The notes: a model not told the origin generated them from the letters alone. Shown: positions 9,019-20,131, numbered from the stretch's first letter. The stretch: DNA of 64,000 nt from an uncultured Planctomycetota bacterium (GCA_963841915.1 CAWJEN010000005.1:992001-1056000), one strand, 5' to 3'. Numbers and translations are program-made.

Positions 9019-12000
9019 TCAGCGGGCCAAATCCAGCTCGCGGAGGCGAACGTTGCGGAACTCAACAGTCATCGGATCTGCACGTTCACCCACACCGTGA
9101 ACCTGCAGGGCGATGTGGCCGGCGTTGTCGACGGCGTCAAAGACGCTGGCTGCTGGGATGCCATTGATCCACGTCCGAATGACAGGGCCGCGGGCGACGA
9201 TGCGGACCTTGTTCCAGTCATCGGCCTTGTAAGCTCGGCGGGCGTAGGGTGCGTCTGAAAGCGGATAAAGCCACCCGCGGCGTCCTTCGTCGTAGAGCCC
9301 ACCCGACCAGCCACGGCTGCTCGGGTCCATCTCGACCTGGTAGCCGAACAGGCGGCCGTCCCGCTGGTCGATGCCGCCGCGGATGTCACTTCGGATCTGG
9401 ATGCCGCTGTTGAGCCCCGGGTGCTGCTTGACCTCGAGGAGCAGCTCGAAGTCGCCGTAGGTCTTCTTTGTCGTCAGGAACGTGTTGGGCGTGTTGGGGG
9501 CACTGGTGCCGGTGACGGTGCCGTTGTTCAGCTCGAAGGTGGCATTGCCGCCGCGGACGAGCCACGGGTCGAGCGAGTCATTCTCGAGCAGATCAACCCA
9601 ATGGCCCTCTGACGTGGTCGTCGGCTGCAGCGGGGCGATCCATATGTTGCGATACCGGACCGGTCCTTCTGCGTCCGTCGAGTGGTCCTGGAGCACGAGT
9701 GGCCCAACCTGCACCGGCTCACCGGTTGCGGCACGACTGCCGGTGGGCGTCTTCAGCTCGACATCGTCGTGAATCAGCGTGCCGTTGAGGTACGCGGTGA
9801 CGCGAGCGTTGGCGGTCTTCTTGCCGTTGTCGAACTCTGGGGCCTGGAACCAGATGTCGTACGCCTGCCAGGTGCCAGGCCCGGTCGACGCGTTGACATC
9901 GGCCGCCTTCTGCTTGTAGATCGCTCCGAGTTCGTCATCAGCGAGCTGTTCGTCGCCGGCAAGCGTGCCGAGCACTTGCAGCTCGTACAGGCCGTGCAGG
10001 TAGACGCCGCTGTTGCCTGCCTGTTGACCTTCGCCACCGGGCGGGCAGTAGAACTCGATGTGCAGGCGTGCATTGCCGAAGCTGTTCTTGCTGATGAAGT
10101 TACCGCCACCGACTTCGACGTAGCCGGGCAAGGCAAGCAGGTCGTCGCCTGTGCGATTGGCGGCTTTGCCGTCTGCGCCCTCATACTTGAAGGCGACGTC
10201 CGCCGACGCGCTGAGCAACGGCACCGCCTCGGCAGGCGGGAGAACGCCGACACCCACGCCTGTGGCCGGATCGACCGTTATCTCGCCCAGCGTTGCCGTT
10301 GCCGGGGCCACCTGGAGAGGCACTTCGTTAAGGGTGTACCAGGCCTCGGTCGACCAGATCTGCTCCCCGTCTGTGGCTGTCGGATCGGTACGAAGATAGA
10401 CGACGTTGCCGGCCTCGACGCCGTCGATGACGAGGCGAACACCCATGCCGTCTTCGTGCGGCGTAGCGGTCGATGCGGTCAGCGACACTTGGTCGATCTT
10501 CCTCCCGCCGTACGCCGCCGTGTGGACGTAGTGCCACTGCTTGAGCTGGTAATGGGTGGCATCGGCCAACCAATCCGGGTCGACAGGCTTGGTGAATCGC
10601 ACGTCGAAGCCGTCGGGCGTGGCTGACATCGAGTGGAACTCGAAGACGTCTGTGCCGTTAGGCGTGAGACGTTGCAGGCCGTATTTTGTGTCTCGCCACG
10701 CCCAGTTACCATTAGCTCCAATGCCGCCGGTGTAGAGCGAACCGTCGGGTCCCCATTCGAGGCGGTTGACGCCGCTTTCGAGGCCTTGCGTGAAGCGGAA
10801 GATCGCCCCTTGCCACTGGCCGTTGACGCGTTCGAGGAACAACCGCCGGATGCCGCCGTTCGTCAATTCGGCCATGTACATCTGCCCGGCAAAGGGTCCT
10901 TCTTCGATAAGCTGAACCTGCGTCGGTGAGTTGCTGACCTCGTTGTGCGGCAGATAGACCGCCGCCGGGCTGCGGGGCCGATCCGCAAAGACGCTTTCGT
11001 GTCCGCCTTCGGGGTAGTACTTCGCCAGTTTCGGCACGAAGCTCGTCACGTTGTAGTGCCCCAGAAAACGGCCGCTGACGACTTCCGCCATGAGACTCGT
11101 GCTCATCCACGAGCCCTGGTTGTCGAGGTACATCAGCGAACCTTCCGGCCCCCAGCCGAGTCCATTGGGCGTGCGGGTTCCACCGGCGATGACGCGGACG
11201 TCGTTCGTCTCGATGTCGATCTCCAGAATGCCGCCGCGCATGGGCCCGCTCGGCCCGGAATTGGTCGTCATGCCCTCCCAGGCCGGCGGTGCCATAGTGG
11301 TCGACAGCGCCGTGTAGAGCTTGCCGTCCCGGGCGAGCAGGCCGAAGACGAACTGGTGGTAGTTCCAACCTTCCCAGCCTTCTGCGACAACATCGTGCGT
11401 CTCGAAAAAGCCGTCGCCGTCCGTGTCGGTCAGCTTGATGATGCTTTTGCGGCTGGTGACATAAAGGTCGCCGTTGTAGACGCACATGCCGCTCGGCTCG
11501 TACAGGCCATCAGCGACGATTTCGACCGTCACGTCGGCCGGATCACCCGTCACGCCGGTCAGCGCGTGGAGCTTGTCGGATTCCTTTGCGTCGATGTCCG
11601 GCAGCGACGTTTCGGTCCGCTGCATGGGCGAGAACGTGCCGACGACAAGCCGCCCGTCCGGCAGAAACGCCATCGCGCCGACGAGCGGCTCGAACCCCTC
11701 GGGCCGGACCGTCGCCAGGTCCCACGCCGGGTGAACCGACGTCAGCGGCCGACCGTCACCGGGCCGCGTGTCATGGAGAATCTGCTTCTTGCCCGGCGAT
11801 GTGACGCGGGTCGGGTCGTCCTCGGTCAGCAACACCTCAGCGGGCACAAGTGCCCATTTCTCTGCACCGGGCACCTTCCATTCGAGCGTCAGTTGCCGCT
11901 GACCTCCGGAGTCGAAGTGATCGACCAGCAGCGGGACGAGCCCCGGCTGCAAGTCGATCGAGCCCGTCTGAACAGATCGACCCCGTTCGAGGCATTCGAT

Positions 12001-12369
12001 GACGACCTGACCGTTCAGCGTCAGCCGCCCGCCGTCGTCGATGGTCAGGCGGAAGTCGTACCGACCGGCTTCCTTGACATCGAGGAAGCCGGTCAGGGTC
12101 GAGATCGAGGAGCCGTCGACGTTGCTGAAGTCGCCACGGCTGCGGAAGTCGATGACGTCCCGCCGTTCGTCGATGTTGGGCGTCTGATCCTGAACGAGCC
12201 GGACCAACTTTGCCGGCTGATCGGCCACCTCGTATACGCGCAGCGTCACGCCTTGCACGAGACCTTCCCTGGTTGCCGCATCTTGGCCCAATGCCGGACG
12301 AGCGGCGAGCGACAGGATCACGGCCGAGAACGAGACGCTCAGCCACCGGAAGGTCCATCCATTCATCAC
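9019..12369 (-). CDS. Secreted multidomain protein: PA14 + beta-propeller (sugar dehydrogenase-like) + two DUF1080 (3-keto-disaccharide hydrolase-like) domains
   Basis: PA14-like TIDDGGRLTLNGQVVI; GTRTPNGL propeller motif; two NSG(V/I)...YE/QV...LQxH...V.(Y/F)RN(I/V) blocks. Confidence 0.8.
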   Translation of the reverse strand: MMNGWTFRWLSVSFSAVILSLAARPALGQDAATREGLVQGVTLRVYEVADQPAKLVRLVQDQTPNIDERRDVIDFRSRGDFSNVDGSSISTLTGFLDVKEAGRYDFRLTIDDGGRLTLNGQVVIECLERGRSVQTGSIDLQPGLVPLLVDHFDSGGQRQLTLEWKVPGAEKWALVPAEVLLTEDDPTRVTSPGKKQILHDTRPGDGRPLTSVHPAWDLATVRPEGFEPLVGAMAFLPDGRLVVGTFSPMQRTETSLPDIDAKESDKLHALTGVTGDPADVTVEIVADGLYEPSGMCVYNGDLYVTSRKSIIKLTDTDGDGFFETHDVVAEGWEGWNYHQFVFGLLARDGKLYTALSTTMAPPAWEGMTTNSGPSGPMRGGILEIDIETNDVRVIAGGTRTPNGLGWGPEGSLMYLDNQGSWMSTSLMAEVVSGRFLGHYNVTSFVPKLAKYYPEGGHESVFADRPRSPAAVYLPHNEVSNSPTQVQLIEEGPFAGQMYMAELTNGGIRRLFLERVNGQWQGAIFRFTQGLESGVNRLEWGPDGSLYTGGIGANGNWAWRDTKYGLQRLTPNGTDVFEFHSMSATPDGFDVRFTKPVDPDWLADATHYQLKQWHYVHTAAYGGRKIDQVSLTASTATPHEDGMGVRLVIDGVEAGNVVYLRTDPTATDGEQIWSTEAWYTLNEVPLQVAPATATLGEITVDPATGVGVGVLPPAEAVPLLSASADVAFKYEGADGKAANRTGDDLLALPGYVEVGGGNFISKNSFGNARLHIEFYCPPGGEGQQAGNSGVYLHGLYELQVLGTLAGDEQLADDELGAIYKQKAADVNASTGPGTWQAYDIWFQAPEFDNGKKTANARVTAYLNGTLIHDDVELKTPTGSRAATGEPVQVGPLVLQDHSTDAEGPVRYRNIWIAPLQPTTTSEGHWVDLLENDSLDPWLVRGGNATFELNNGTVTGTSAPNTPNTFLTTKKTYGDFELLLEVKQHPGLNSGIQIRSDIRGGIDQRDGRLFGYQVEMDPSSRGWSGGLYDEGRRGWLYPLSDAPYARRAYKADDWNKVRIVARGPVIRTWINGIPAASVFDAVDNAGHIALQVHGVGERADPMTVEFRNVRLRELDLAR

Positions 12370-12458
12370 GAGCCAAGCGTACTAAAAGCCACACCGTCGT
12401 GTCGGCAACACCGGTCTGCGGTAGACGTGGTGCTTTGGCAGCAAGAGAACCGACTGCA

Positions 12459-12531
<73 letters not shown>

Positions 12532-12610
12532 GAATAGCGGGCAACAGTGTAGCGCAAAGCCGCCCGCGGGCAACGGCCGCGGGCGGGTGAATTTTTATGC
12601 TTTGACCCTC

Positions 12611-15601
12611 TTAATCGTCGTCGGTGGCGAACAGGCTGGCAGACGGTGCGGCCAGCGTGCTGCCGAAGCTGCCGCGGAGCAGGGCGAAGTCGAGAATGCT
12701 CACCGTTCCATCGTAGTTGAAGTCGCCCTGACTGAACGTCCCGGCACTGCCAAAGTTGGACCGCAGGATCGCAAAGTCGAGGATCGAGACGGTGCGGTCT
12801 CGGTTGGCGTCACCGGCCAGCACGTAATCTGTGACGACGGCCGGAGCGGCCATGGCATCGGTCTGCAGCGTGAAGCGGTAATTGCCGTCGACGAGCAGCG
12901 TCGTGGCGGCGAAGGTGACGGTGTCGCTCGAAGCGTCGTAGGTCATCACGAACTCACCGGCGTCGATTACATCGTTTGTCGTCAGGTTCTCGACAAGCAG
13001 ATCATCAGTCGACATGCCGGCCGAAGCATCGCGATCAAAGGTAAATTGCACGGCAGCCATGTCGACGTCGAACAGGCTGGTCAAGACCGTCGGCGGCACC
13101 ACGCCGTCGGTGCTGCCGAGGTCGATTGTTACTACCTCACCACTGGGCGCGATGAGGTCGAGTCCGGCACCGTCGCCTGTGCCGATGCGGTCGCCCTCAA
13201 GGACTTGGCGGATGTTCTGCTGCGAGTCGGCGGGTACGACGAAGGCGTAGCGGCCGTCGGTATCGGTGGTGGTGCGGACGTCTCCGCCACCGTCGAGGGT
13301 GAGCGACCACTGCACGAGGTTGCCCTCGTCCACACCGGCATTGTCGGTCACGCGAAGCGTCCACACGCCGTTGATGGGCGAGCCGTTTAGGCCGCTGAGC
13401 GGCTCGTCTGGGCGGAACGCGCCGGTGTAGGGTGCGCTGCCGTCTGCGATTGCGGTGCTGGCACTGTCGCTGAAGGTGACGTCGGTCAGATCGTTGCCGC
13501 CCCCGCCGCGGCGGGCGAAGAGGTGCACCTCTTCGCCGTCGGGTGCCACCAGGAAGATGTCCAGGTCACCGACGAAGGTGTGTGTCAGGCTGAGGCCGAC
13601 GGTGACGTCTGTTACCGCACCCGACGCCTCGGCAAAGTCGAGGGTGCTGGTGGTGGTTGAGTTGTCGTTGATCGGGCTGCTGTCGAGTCTCGATTGCGAC
13701 ACTTCACCTTGACCGGGCTGGCCGTCGTTGTCGTTGTCGAGGTAGACGGACACGCCGGGCCGAACAGGCTCGGCAGCATCTTGCACGCCGTCACCGTCGA
13801 CATCGTCGAAGGCCACGCCGGTGAGGATGGTGCTCGTCGAGGAGGCGAAGACGACATTGGAGGCAAAGCCGGTCGGCCCGACCGTTACGACCGCCGACGC
13901 CGGCACGACCTGATCGGCTTGTGCGAGCACGCCGCTTGGGCCCGGCAGGGTTTGACGTCGCGTCTCGGTGTTCACCAGGCGAAGCGACTGAGTGCCCGGT
14001 TCGACACTCTCGATGGAGAAGCTGCCTTGTGCATCAGTGGTCGCCGAGGCCTCGCCGGTGTCAAACAGACTGTTGTCGTTAGCATCGTGGTAGATGATCG
14101 CACCTGCCAGGGCACCGTCATTGGCATCCCGCGTCCCGTTGCCGTTGACGTCATCAAAGGCGCTTCCATAGACGGCAGGGACGCCAGCAAGTTGCAACGC
14201 GTTGTTGGCGTTGAGACGACCGCCCGAAAGAATTGGTTTGTTACCCGTGGGGCTGTAGACGCTGACCGGGTCGGAGGTGTCGAGAATCGTCTGCTTGACC
14301 GCCTCGATCGACAGGCCCGGTGCGACGGAGTGGAGGAGTGCCACGACGCCACTGACGTGAGGCGTAGCCATGCTGGTTCCGGTCTTCGTGCCGTACCCGC
14401 CACCCGGAAGCGTGCTGAGTATTCCGACACCGGGAGCGGCAACGTCGACGCTGGTGAGCCCGTAGTTGGATGACGCGTACGCAGCGTCATTGCTGTCGGT
14501 TCCGGCGACGGCCAGGATGCCGGGCAGGTCGTAGCTGCTGGGGTAGTTAGGCGTGGCGTCGTTGTTGACGGGCGTGCCGAAGAAGCCAGACCCGTTACCG
14601 GCGGCCGCGGTGAAGAGCACGCCGGCGTTGTTATGAGCGAAAATGGCGTCTTCCAGCGCCTGATTGAACCCGCCACCGCCCCAGGAGTTGTTGCTGACGA
14701 CGATGTTCTCGCCGCGCTGTTTCATCATGGTGACGTAGTTGATCGCCTCGATGGCGTCTGCGGTGTCGCCGAAGCCGTCGTCGCCGAGGAACTTGAGCGC
14801 CATGATGCGGCTGTTCCACGACACACCGACGACGCCGATGCCGTTGTCACCGCGGGCGGCGATGGTGCCGGCGACGTGGGTGCCGTGACTCTCGCCGTCG
14901 AAGGGGTCGCTGTCGTCGTTGACAGTGTCGATGCCGTAGATGTCGTCGACGAAGCCGTTGTTGTCGTTGTCGATGCCGTCACCGGCGACTTCGCCCGGGT
15001 TGACCCACATGTTGGCCGCCAGGTCCGGGTGCGTGTAGTCGACGCCTGTGTCGATGACGGCTGTGATGACGCTGCTGCTGCCGGTTGAAATGTCCCAGGC
15101 CTCGGGCGCGTCGATGTCTGCGTCGTTGGCGTTGTTCAGGCCGTAAAGCTGGCCGTAGCTGGGATCGTTCGGCGTCGCTGCCGTGCTGTAGATGAAGTTC
15201 GGCTCGGCCGACAAGACGCCCGGTACGTTCTTCAGCGACGCCAGCAGGTCGCCCACGCTGATCGCGTTGCGGCCTGCGTTCTGCGGCACCTCGACAAGCA
15301 CCGCGCCACCGCCACCAAGGTGACTCGTCACCTGCGGTGCACCGGCGGCGTTACCAAAGTGATCGTCCAAAGCAGTCTCGACGACCTGGAGTTGCGTCGC
15401 ACGCTCATTCAGGTCCAGGTCACGATCGGCCGCATCAAAATGAACCTGTCGCCCTGGGCCGGCGGCGAGGTCGAATTGCACGATGGCCTCACCGGCCACC
15501 GCGTCGTAGGTGCTTCCGTGCCAAACGACCTGTTCGACGGCAAACTGAGCAGCCAAGAGGCGGCGGGCTTCAAGGACTTCGGGAGCAAAGGTTGGGGTCA
15601 T
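12611..15601 (-). CDS. S8 subtilisin-like serine protease with SdrD-B-like repeats, proprotein-convertase P domain and dockerin-like C-terminus
   Basis: LEARRLLA N-terminal motif; VIDTGVD, HGTHVAG, GTSMATPHV triad; HTFVGDL P-domain; GDANRD...GDFNYDG. Confidence 0.92.
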   Translation of the reverse strand: MTPTFAPEVLEARRLLAAQFAVEQVVWHGSTYDAVAGEAIVQFDLAAGPGRQVHFDAADRDLDLNERATQLQVVETALDDHFGNAAGAPQVTSHLGGGGAVLVEVPQNAGRNAISVGDLLASLKNVPGVLSAEPNFIYSTAATPNDPSYGQLYGLNNANDADIDAPEAWDISTGSSSVITAVIDTGVDYTHPDLAANMWVNPGEVAGDGIDNDNNGFVDDIYGIDTVNDDSDPFDGESHGTHVAGTIAARGDNGIGVVGVSWNSRIMALKFLGDDGFGDTADAIEAINYVTMMKQRGENIVVSNNSWGGGGFNQALEDAIFAHNNAGVLFTAAAGNGSGFFGTPVNNDATPNYPSSYDLPGILAVAGTDSNDAAYASSNYGLTSVDVAAPGVGILSTLPGGGYGTKTGTSMATPHVSGVVALLHSVAPGLSIEAVKQTILDTSDPVSVYSPTGNKPILSGGRLNANNALQLAGVPAVYGSAFDDVNGNGTRDANDGALAGAIIYHDANDNSLFDTGEASATTDAQGSFSIESVEPGTQSLRLVNTETRRQTLPGPSGVLAQADQVVPASAVVTVGPTGFASNVVFASSTSTILTGVAFDDVDGDGVQDAAEPVRPGVSVYLDNDNDGQPGQGEVSQSRLDSSPINDNSTTTSTLDFAEASGAVTDVTVGLSLTHTFVGDLDIFLVAPDGEEVHLFARRGGGGNDLTDVTFSDSASTAIADGSAPYTGAFRPDEPLSGLNGSPINGVWTLRVTDNAGVDEGNLVQWSLTLDGGGDVRTTTDTDGRYAFVVPADSQQNIRQVLEGDRIGTGDGAGLDLIAPSGEVVTIDLGSTDGVVPPTVLTSLFDVDMAAVQFTFDRDASAGMSTDDLLVENLTTNDVIDAGEFVMTYDASSDTVTFAATTLLVDGNYRFTLQTDAMAAPAVVTDYVLAGDANRDRTVSILDFAILRSNFGSAGTFSQGDFNYDGTVSILDFALLRGSFGSTLAAPSASLFATDDD

Positions 15602-15760
15602 CGTGTCGTTGGTCGGTAGGGTCGAGATGTCGCGTGGAAGGCGCGTTCTCGAACTTACTGATATTGAGGCAGGCTGCAACGGCCTTCGGCCAGACATTCT
15701 GACCGATCCATGCGAAGAGGGTGGTGGCGTTGAGGAACGCCGCTTCGGCTAGCGTGCTGC

Positions 15761-16549
15761 GTGATCCGCTTCTATCCGTTTCGGCGTGAACTGGCAGTCC
15801 CGCAGCCGGCGAAAGATGTGTACGTCAAGCGACCGACAGGACGCGGCTGGCCCGAGGAGTGTCCGCCGATTCGTGCCGCCAACGCAGCCGGCTTTGACCT
15901 TTTTGCCAACTTCGATGTCGCGTTCACGCGGCAAGGCGACGGCGACTGGCAGGTCGAGTCGAACACGGAGCTGTCGAGCGACTTCGACTGGACGCCCGAC
16001 GACGATGCGCCGGGTCGGCCGCTGACGCAGCGGTACGCGTGGCCTTGGGAGCGTGGCCAGACGCTGCCGCACGTCATCAGCGACGACGTGTACGAGGTCG
16101 TGCGACATCAAATGAAGGTCAGTACGTTCTTGTTCTTGGCAGCCGACGCCAACGAGACGGTCCTGTTCTGCGACCCGCCGAACGCGCCGCCGATGCACGA
16201 GCGTGGCTGGCGGGCGATGTCGGCGCTGGCGGAAATCGATTGGTATCCGGCAAGTTACCCGTGGCACGTCGTGCTCGAGCTCGATCCGCGTCGGGAGCGG
16301 GTCGAGATCAAGCAGGGCGAGGTGCTGTGCCGCCTGCTGCCGATGCGTCGCGACACATATTTTGCCCGGCCGATGAGCGACGGTGAGTTTGGCGACTTCT
16401 TCGACCGGGGCCAACGATGGCTGGCGACGCACGGCAAGGCCCACAACGCCGACGGTTGCCCGGCGACATCGTTGGGGGGCGACGCATTGGACATCACGCG
16501 CACCTACGTCAGGCAACAGGTTCGTAGCCGCTATGTCGTGCTTGACTGA
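15761..16549 (+). CDS. Hypothetical protein, DUF6065-like
   Basis: CPPIRAANAAGFDL, PPN...ALAEIDWYP, IKQGEVLCRLLP resemble DUF6065 (recognised by eye). Confidence 0.55.
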   Translation: MIRFYPFRRELAVPQPAKDVYVKRPTGRGWPEECPPIRAANAAGFDLFANFDVAFTRQGDGDWQVESNTELSSDFDWTPDDDAPGRPLTQRYAWPWERGQTLPHVISDDVYEVVRHQMKVSTFLFLAADANETVLFCDPPNAPPMHERGWRAMSALAEIDWYPASYPWHVVLELDPRRERVEIKQGEVLCRLLPMRRDTYFARPMSDGEFGDFFDRGQRWLATHGKAHNADGCPATSLGGDALDITRTYVRQQVRSRYVVLD

Positions 16550-16892
16550 AAGCCGGTGCGGCACCGGGCTTGTCTTCATCGTCTGCTCACGCATTCCAAA
16601 CCGCCCGCACATCCGCGGGTGGCGGTGCTGCTCTAGGTTGCGACGTGTCAGCGAAGCAGGGCAGCCCGATCCTCCTGAGCAGGCGGCCGAGCGTCGACAA
16701 CGTCCGACAAAAGCTGATGTTTCAGCACTGGCCGTGTCGACGTAGTGGACAGGCAGCCCTGTACGTCACGCCCGGCGTCTCGCGTGAGACGCAGCGTCAC
16801 ACATCACGCAGGGCGTTTGCCCCCATCACCACTGAGTCGAGGCTGCGTCGGGAGCGTCCCGTTCGTGACTCGGCCGCGGAGACGAAACAATC

Positions 16893-18314
16893 ATGAATCA
16901 ACGCACCCACACGACGCGTCGCCTGCAGGGCGTCGCACTAGCCGGCGCCGTCGTCGGCAGCCTTGCCGCCACGCATACCACCCAGGCCGCCGAACCGACG
17001 AGCGACGAGCTGCTCGCCCAGGCCAAGAAGTTGATCGCCCAGGCCGAAGCCAAGAAGGCCGACGAGGCCGTGCAAGCTGAGACGAAGGAAGCCGCGCTGG
17101 ACCGTGTTCTCGCCGACGCCGACCGCCGTAGCAGCTCGAGCCTCCCGGCGCTGATGCAGGTTGACGATCCGGATCCGTTCACCGCCGGCCATAATGGAAA
17201 GTTTCTGCTCGCCAGTGAAGACGGCCGATTCACGCTGAACCCGAATTTTCAGCTGCAGGTCCGCTACGTCGCCAACTTCAACAGCGTTGACGGTGCGGGC
17301 GAAACCGGCTTTGCTGAAGAGATCAACGAAGGCCTCGAGCTCCGCCGCGTGAAGATCGGCTTCAAAGGCAACGCTTACAGCAAGGACCTGACGTACGACA
17401 TCAAATTCGCCTTCAACCGCAACGCGGCTGTGACGGATGACGACCTCGTGCTCGAGAACGGCTTCATCGACTACACGCCTGCCAGTGGCTTCTTCGGTAA
17501 CGAGAACCTCGGCATTCGCATCGGCCAGTACAAGGACCCGACCTTCTTCGAAGAGGCAGTCAGCTCGACCCGCCAGCTCGCAGCCGACCGGTCGTTGCTC
17601 AACGAAACCCTCGCCGGTGGCCAGACCGACTTCATCCAAGGCGTCGGCCTGATCTACAAGGGTGACAAGGTCAAGGGATTGCTGTCGATCAACGACGGCC
17701 TGAACAGCGACAACACGGACTTCGCAGACGCCGTCGGCGTCAACCGTGGCGGCCTGGCCGGTCGTGTCGACGTCACGCTCTCCGGCGACGAGTCAGCCTT
17801 TAAAGACTTCACCGCACTTACCACAGAAACCGACAGCTCCCGCATCGGTGGTGGCTTCTTCCTCGACCTGACCGAAGTCGACGACGACTACGGCTACACG
17901 CTGCTGGCCACCATCGATTACAGCTACGAGACGGCAAATGGGCTCGGCCTGTTCCTGGCAGGCGTGGCTGAGCTCGAAGACGCAAGCACCGACACCGACG
18001 ACGACGACACCGCCAACTTTGGCGCGATTGCAAAGGTCAGCCAGGTGCTTGACAAGGAGAACGGCTGGGAAGTCTTTGGTCAGTACAACTTCATTCTGTT
18101 TGACGAAGAAGACGCCTCGGGCGAGGATCTTTACCACGAGGTCGTCGGTGGCGTGAATAAGTACTGGGTCGACCACAAGGTCAAGATGACCATCGATGCC
18201 GGTGTGCTGCCCGTCGGCAACCCGGGCTCGAACAGCGGCATCGGCTACCAGAGCGATGGTGGCAACGACGACCCGCAGTTGACGATTCGCGGCCAGTTCC
18301 AGCTTCTGCTGTAA
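16893..18314 (+). CDS. Outer-membrane porin (phosphate-selective porin O/P-like)
   Basis: Signal peptide, coiled coil, ELRRVKIGFKG, IRIGQYKDP, C-terminal QFQLLL beta-strand. Confidence 0.8.
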   Translation: MNQRTHTTRRLQGVALAGAVVGSLAATHTTQAAEPTSDELLAQAKKLIAQAEAKKADEAVQAETKEAALDRVLADADRRSSSSLPALMQVDDPDPFTAGHNGKFLLASEDGRFTLNPNFQLQVRYVANFNSVDGAGETGFAEEINEGLELRRVKIGFKGNAYSKDLTYDIKFAFNRNAAVTDDDLVLENGFIDYTPASGFFGNENLGIRIGQYKDPTFFEEAVSSTRQLAADRSLLNETLAGGQTDFIQGVGLIYKGDKVKGLLSINDGLNSDNTDFADAVGVNRGGLAGRVDVTLSGDESAFKDFTALTTETDSSRIGGGFFLDLTEVDDDYGYTLLATIDYSYETANGLGLFLAGVAELEDASTDTDDDDTANFGAIAKVSQVLDKENGWEVFGQYNFILFDEEDASGEDLYHEVVGGVNKYWVDHKVKMTIDAGVLPVGNPGSNSGIGYQSDGGNDDPQLTIRGQFQLLL

Positions 18315-18349
18315 GCCGGCCGTCCGAGCGGAGAATTGCGAATTACCTG

Positions 18350-18379
18350 CGACGCCCGCGGCATCAGCCGCGGGCGTCG
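18350..18379. terminator. Hairpin between convergent porin and nadB genes
   Basis: CGACGCCCGCGG / CCGCGGGCGTCG 12-bp stem; no clear U-tract. Confidence 0.5.
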
Positions 18380-18384
18380 TGCGT

Positions 18385-20076
18385 TCAGGCGGACGTGGCG
18401 ACGGGCTCGGGCGTCGGTGTCGTCATCGGCCGACTCCAGCGCAGGTGCATCCGCCAGTGCGCATCTTCGCGCTCAGGGTGATCAAGCCGATAGTGGACGC
18501 CGCGACTCTCCGTCCGGGCATGAGCCGCACCGGCGAGCAACCAGCCGACGGTGAGCATGTTCTGTAATTCCCATCCGTTCTGCGAGGCCTCCGGGTTGCC
18601 GTTGAGGCCGATCGTCTTGTCCATGACGTATCGGCCCCAAAACTCGATGATCTCGCGAGTTTCGGCCAGTCGGTCCCCCGTCCGCTCGATGCCGGCGTTT
18701 CGCCACATGACGCTGCGGAGGCTGCCCCGTACGTCACCGATGTCAAGCTCCGTGCGGTCGCTGGTCGGTTGATCGTGCCGAAGTTTTTGCGGGAAGGTTT
18801 CGGGCACGTCCGCACACGCCGCCGCGGCATGAACACCGGCGCGGTAGCCGTAGGCAAGGCCCTCGAGCAGCGAATTGCTAGCGAGACGATTAGCCCCATG
18901 AAGCCCGGTGCTGCTGCACTCACCGACGGCGTAGAGGCCGTCGATGTTGGTCATGCCGTCGTCACCCGTCGCCACGCCACCGATGTAGTAGTGGGCCGAC
19001 GGATGCACCGGAATCGGCTCCTTCGCCGGGTCGATCTCGAACTGCCCGCACAGTCGCATGATCGTCGGGAACCGCTTCTGGAACTTTGCCGCATCGAGGT
19101 GGCGGACGTCGAGGTAGACGTGCGTGTGGCCGGTGTTGCGAATTTGTTCGACGATGCCACGGCTGACGACGTCGCGCGGCGCAAGCTCGCCGTCGGTGTG
19201 GTAGTCGGTCATGAACCGGTACCCGTTCTTATCGATCAGGTGTCCGCCTTCGCCGCGAACGGCTTCGGTGACAAGCGCTCTCGCCGAGCCGGCGACGTAC
19301 AGCGTCGTCGGGTGGAACTGCATCATCTCTGCGTCCCGAAGGACAGCCCCTGCCCGGTAGGCCATCGCGTGTCCGTCTGCGGTGGCGATTTTCGGGTTCG
19401 TCGACTCTCGGAACAGCGTTCCCGCGCCGCCTGTGGCCAAGATGGTGCGCCTGGCCCACACCACGGTCAGCCGGCCGTCGATCATGGCAATTGCGCCGCA
19501 CGCAGCAGCGTCACGCTCAGGATCGGTGAGCACGTCGATGGCAAACGCCCGCTCGACGACGCTGATGTTTTCGCGTTCGCGGACGGTCCGAACGAGCGTG
19601 TTTGAGAGTTCGCGGCCGGTTGCGTCGCCGAATGCGTGGAGAATGCGGGCGACCGAGTGGCCGGCTTCGAGGCCGAAGGCGAGGTCGTGAGGGTTGCCCT
19701 GGGCGGCGTCCTTGTCGAAGTTCGCACCCCACGACAGCAGCTCCAGCACGCGGGCCGGCCCTTCTTCGACGGCGAGACGGACGGCGTGCTCGTTGCATAG
19801 CCCGGCACCGACTGCAATGGTGTCGTCTACGTGCGACTCAATTGAATCGAGCGGTGACAGCACGGCTGCGATGCCGCCTTGGGCGTACCAGGTATTGCTC
19901 TCGGCGACCGTGTCCTTGGCCAGAAGAATAACGTCGCGCCCGGCCTCGGCGGCGGCGATGGCGCTGCGAAGACCCGCCACACCGCCTCCGATTACTAGAA
20001 CGTCGCACTGGCGTTGTGGCAACCGGCCCGCCTTGAACGGCACGAGATACCGGCGGCCGGTGATGAGGTCAGACAT
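18385..20076 (-). CDS. nadB: L-aspartate oxidase
   Basis: GGGVAGL, AQGGIAA, QFHPT, TEAVRGEG, GLHGANRLASNSLLE, ESRGVHYR. Confidence 0.95.
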   Translation of the reverse strand: MSDLITGRRYLVPFKAGRLPQRQCDVLVIGGGVAGLRSAIAAAEAGRDVILLAKDTVAESNTWYAQGGIAAVLSPLDSIESHVDDTIAVGAGLCNEHAVRLAVEEGPARVLELLSWGANFDKDAAQGNPHDLAFGLEAGHSVARILHAFGDATGRELSNTLVRTVRERENISVVERAFAIDVLTDPERDAAACGAIAMIDGRLTVVWARRTILATGGAGTLFRESTNPKIATADGHAMAYRAGAVLRDAEMMQFHPTTLYVAGSARALVTEAVRGEGGHLIDKNGYRFMTDYHTDGELAPRDVVSRGIVEQIRNTGHTHVYLDVRHLDAAKFQKRFPTIMRLCGQFEIDPAKEPIPVHPSAHYYIGGVATGDDGMTNIDGLYAVGECSSTGLHGANRLASNSLLEGLAYGYRAGVHAAAACADVPETFPQKLRHDQPTSDRTELDIGDVRGSLRSVMWRNAGIERTGDRLAETREIIEFWGRYVMDKTIGLNGNPEASQNGWELQNMLTVGWLLAGAAHARTESRGVHYRLDHPEREDAHWRMHLRWSRPMTTPTPEPVATSA

Positions 20077-20131
20077 AGAGACGACGGTAGTTCCGGCAGC
20101 GACCCAATGTTTCACCTGGCGCCACTAGCCT

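Noticed and set aside
16745..16892. Pho box or riboswitch upstream of the porin
   Set aside because: GTCAC-like units are not at 11-nt spacing; only a short GCGTCTC/GAGACGC hairpin and no recognisable aptamer.
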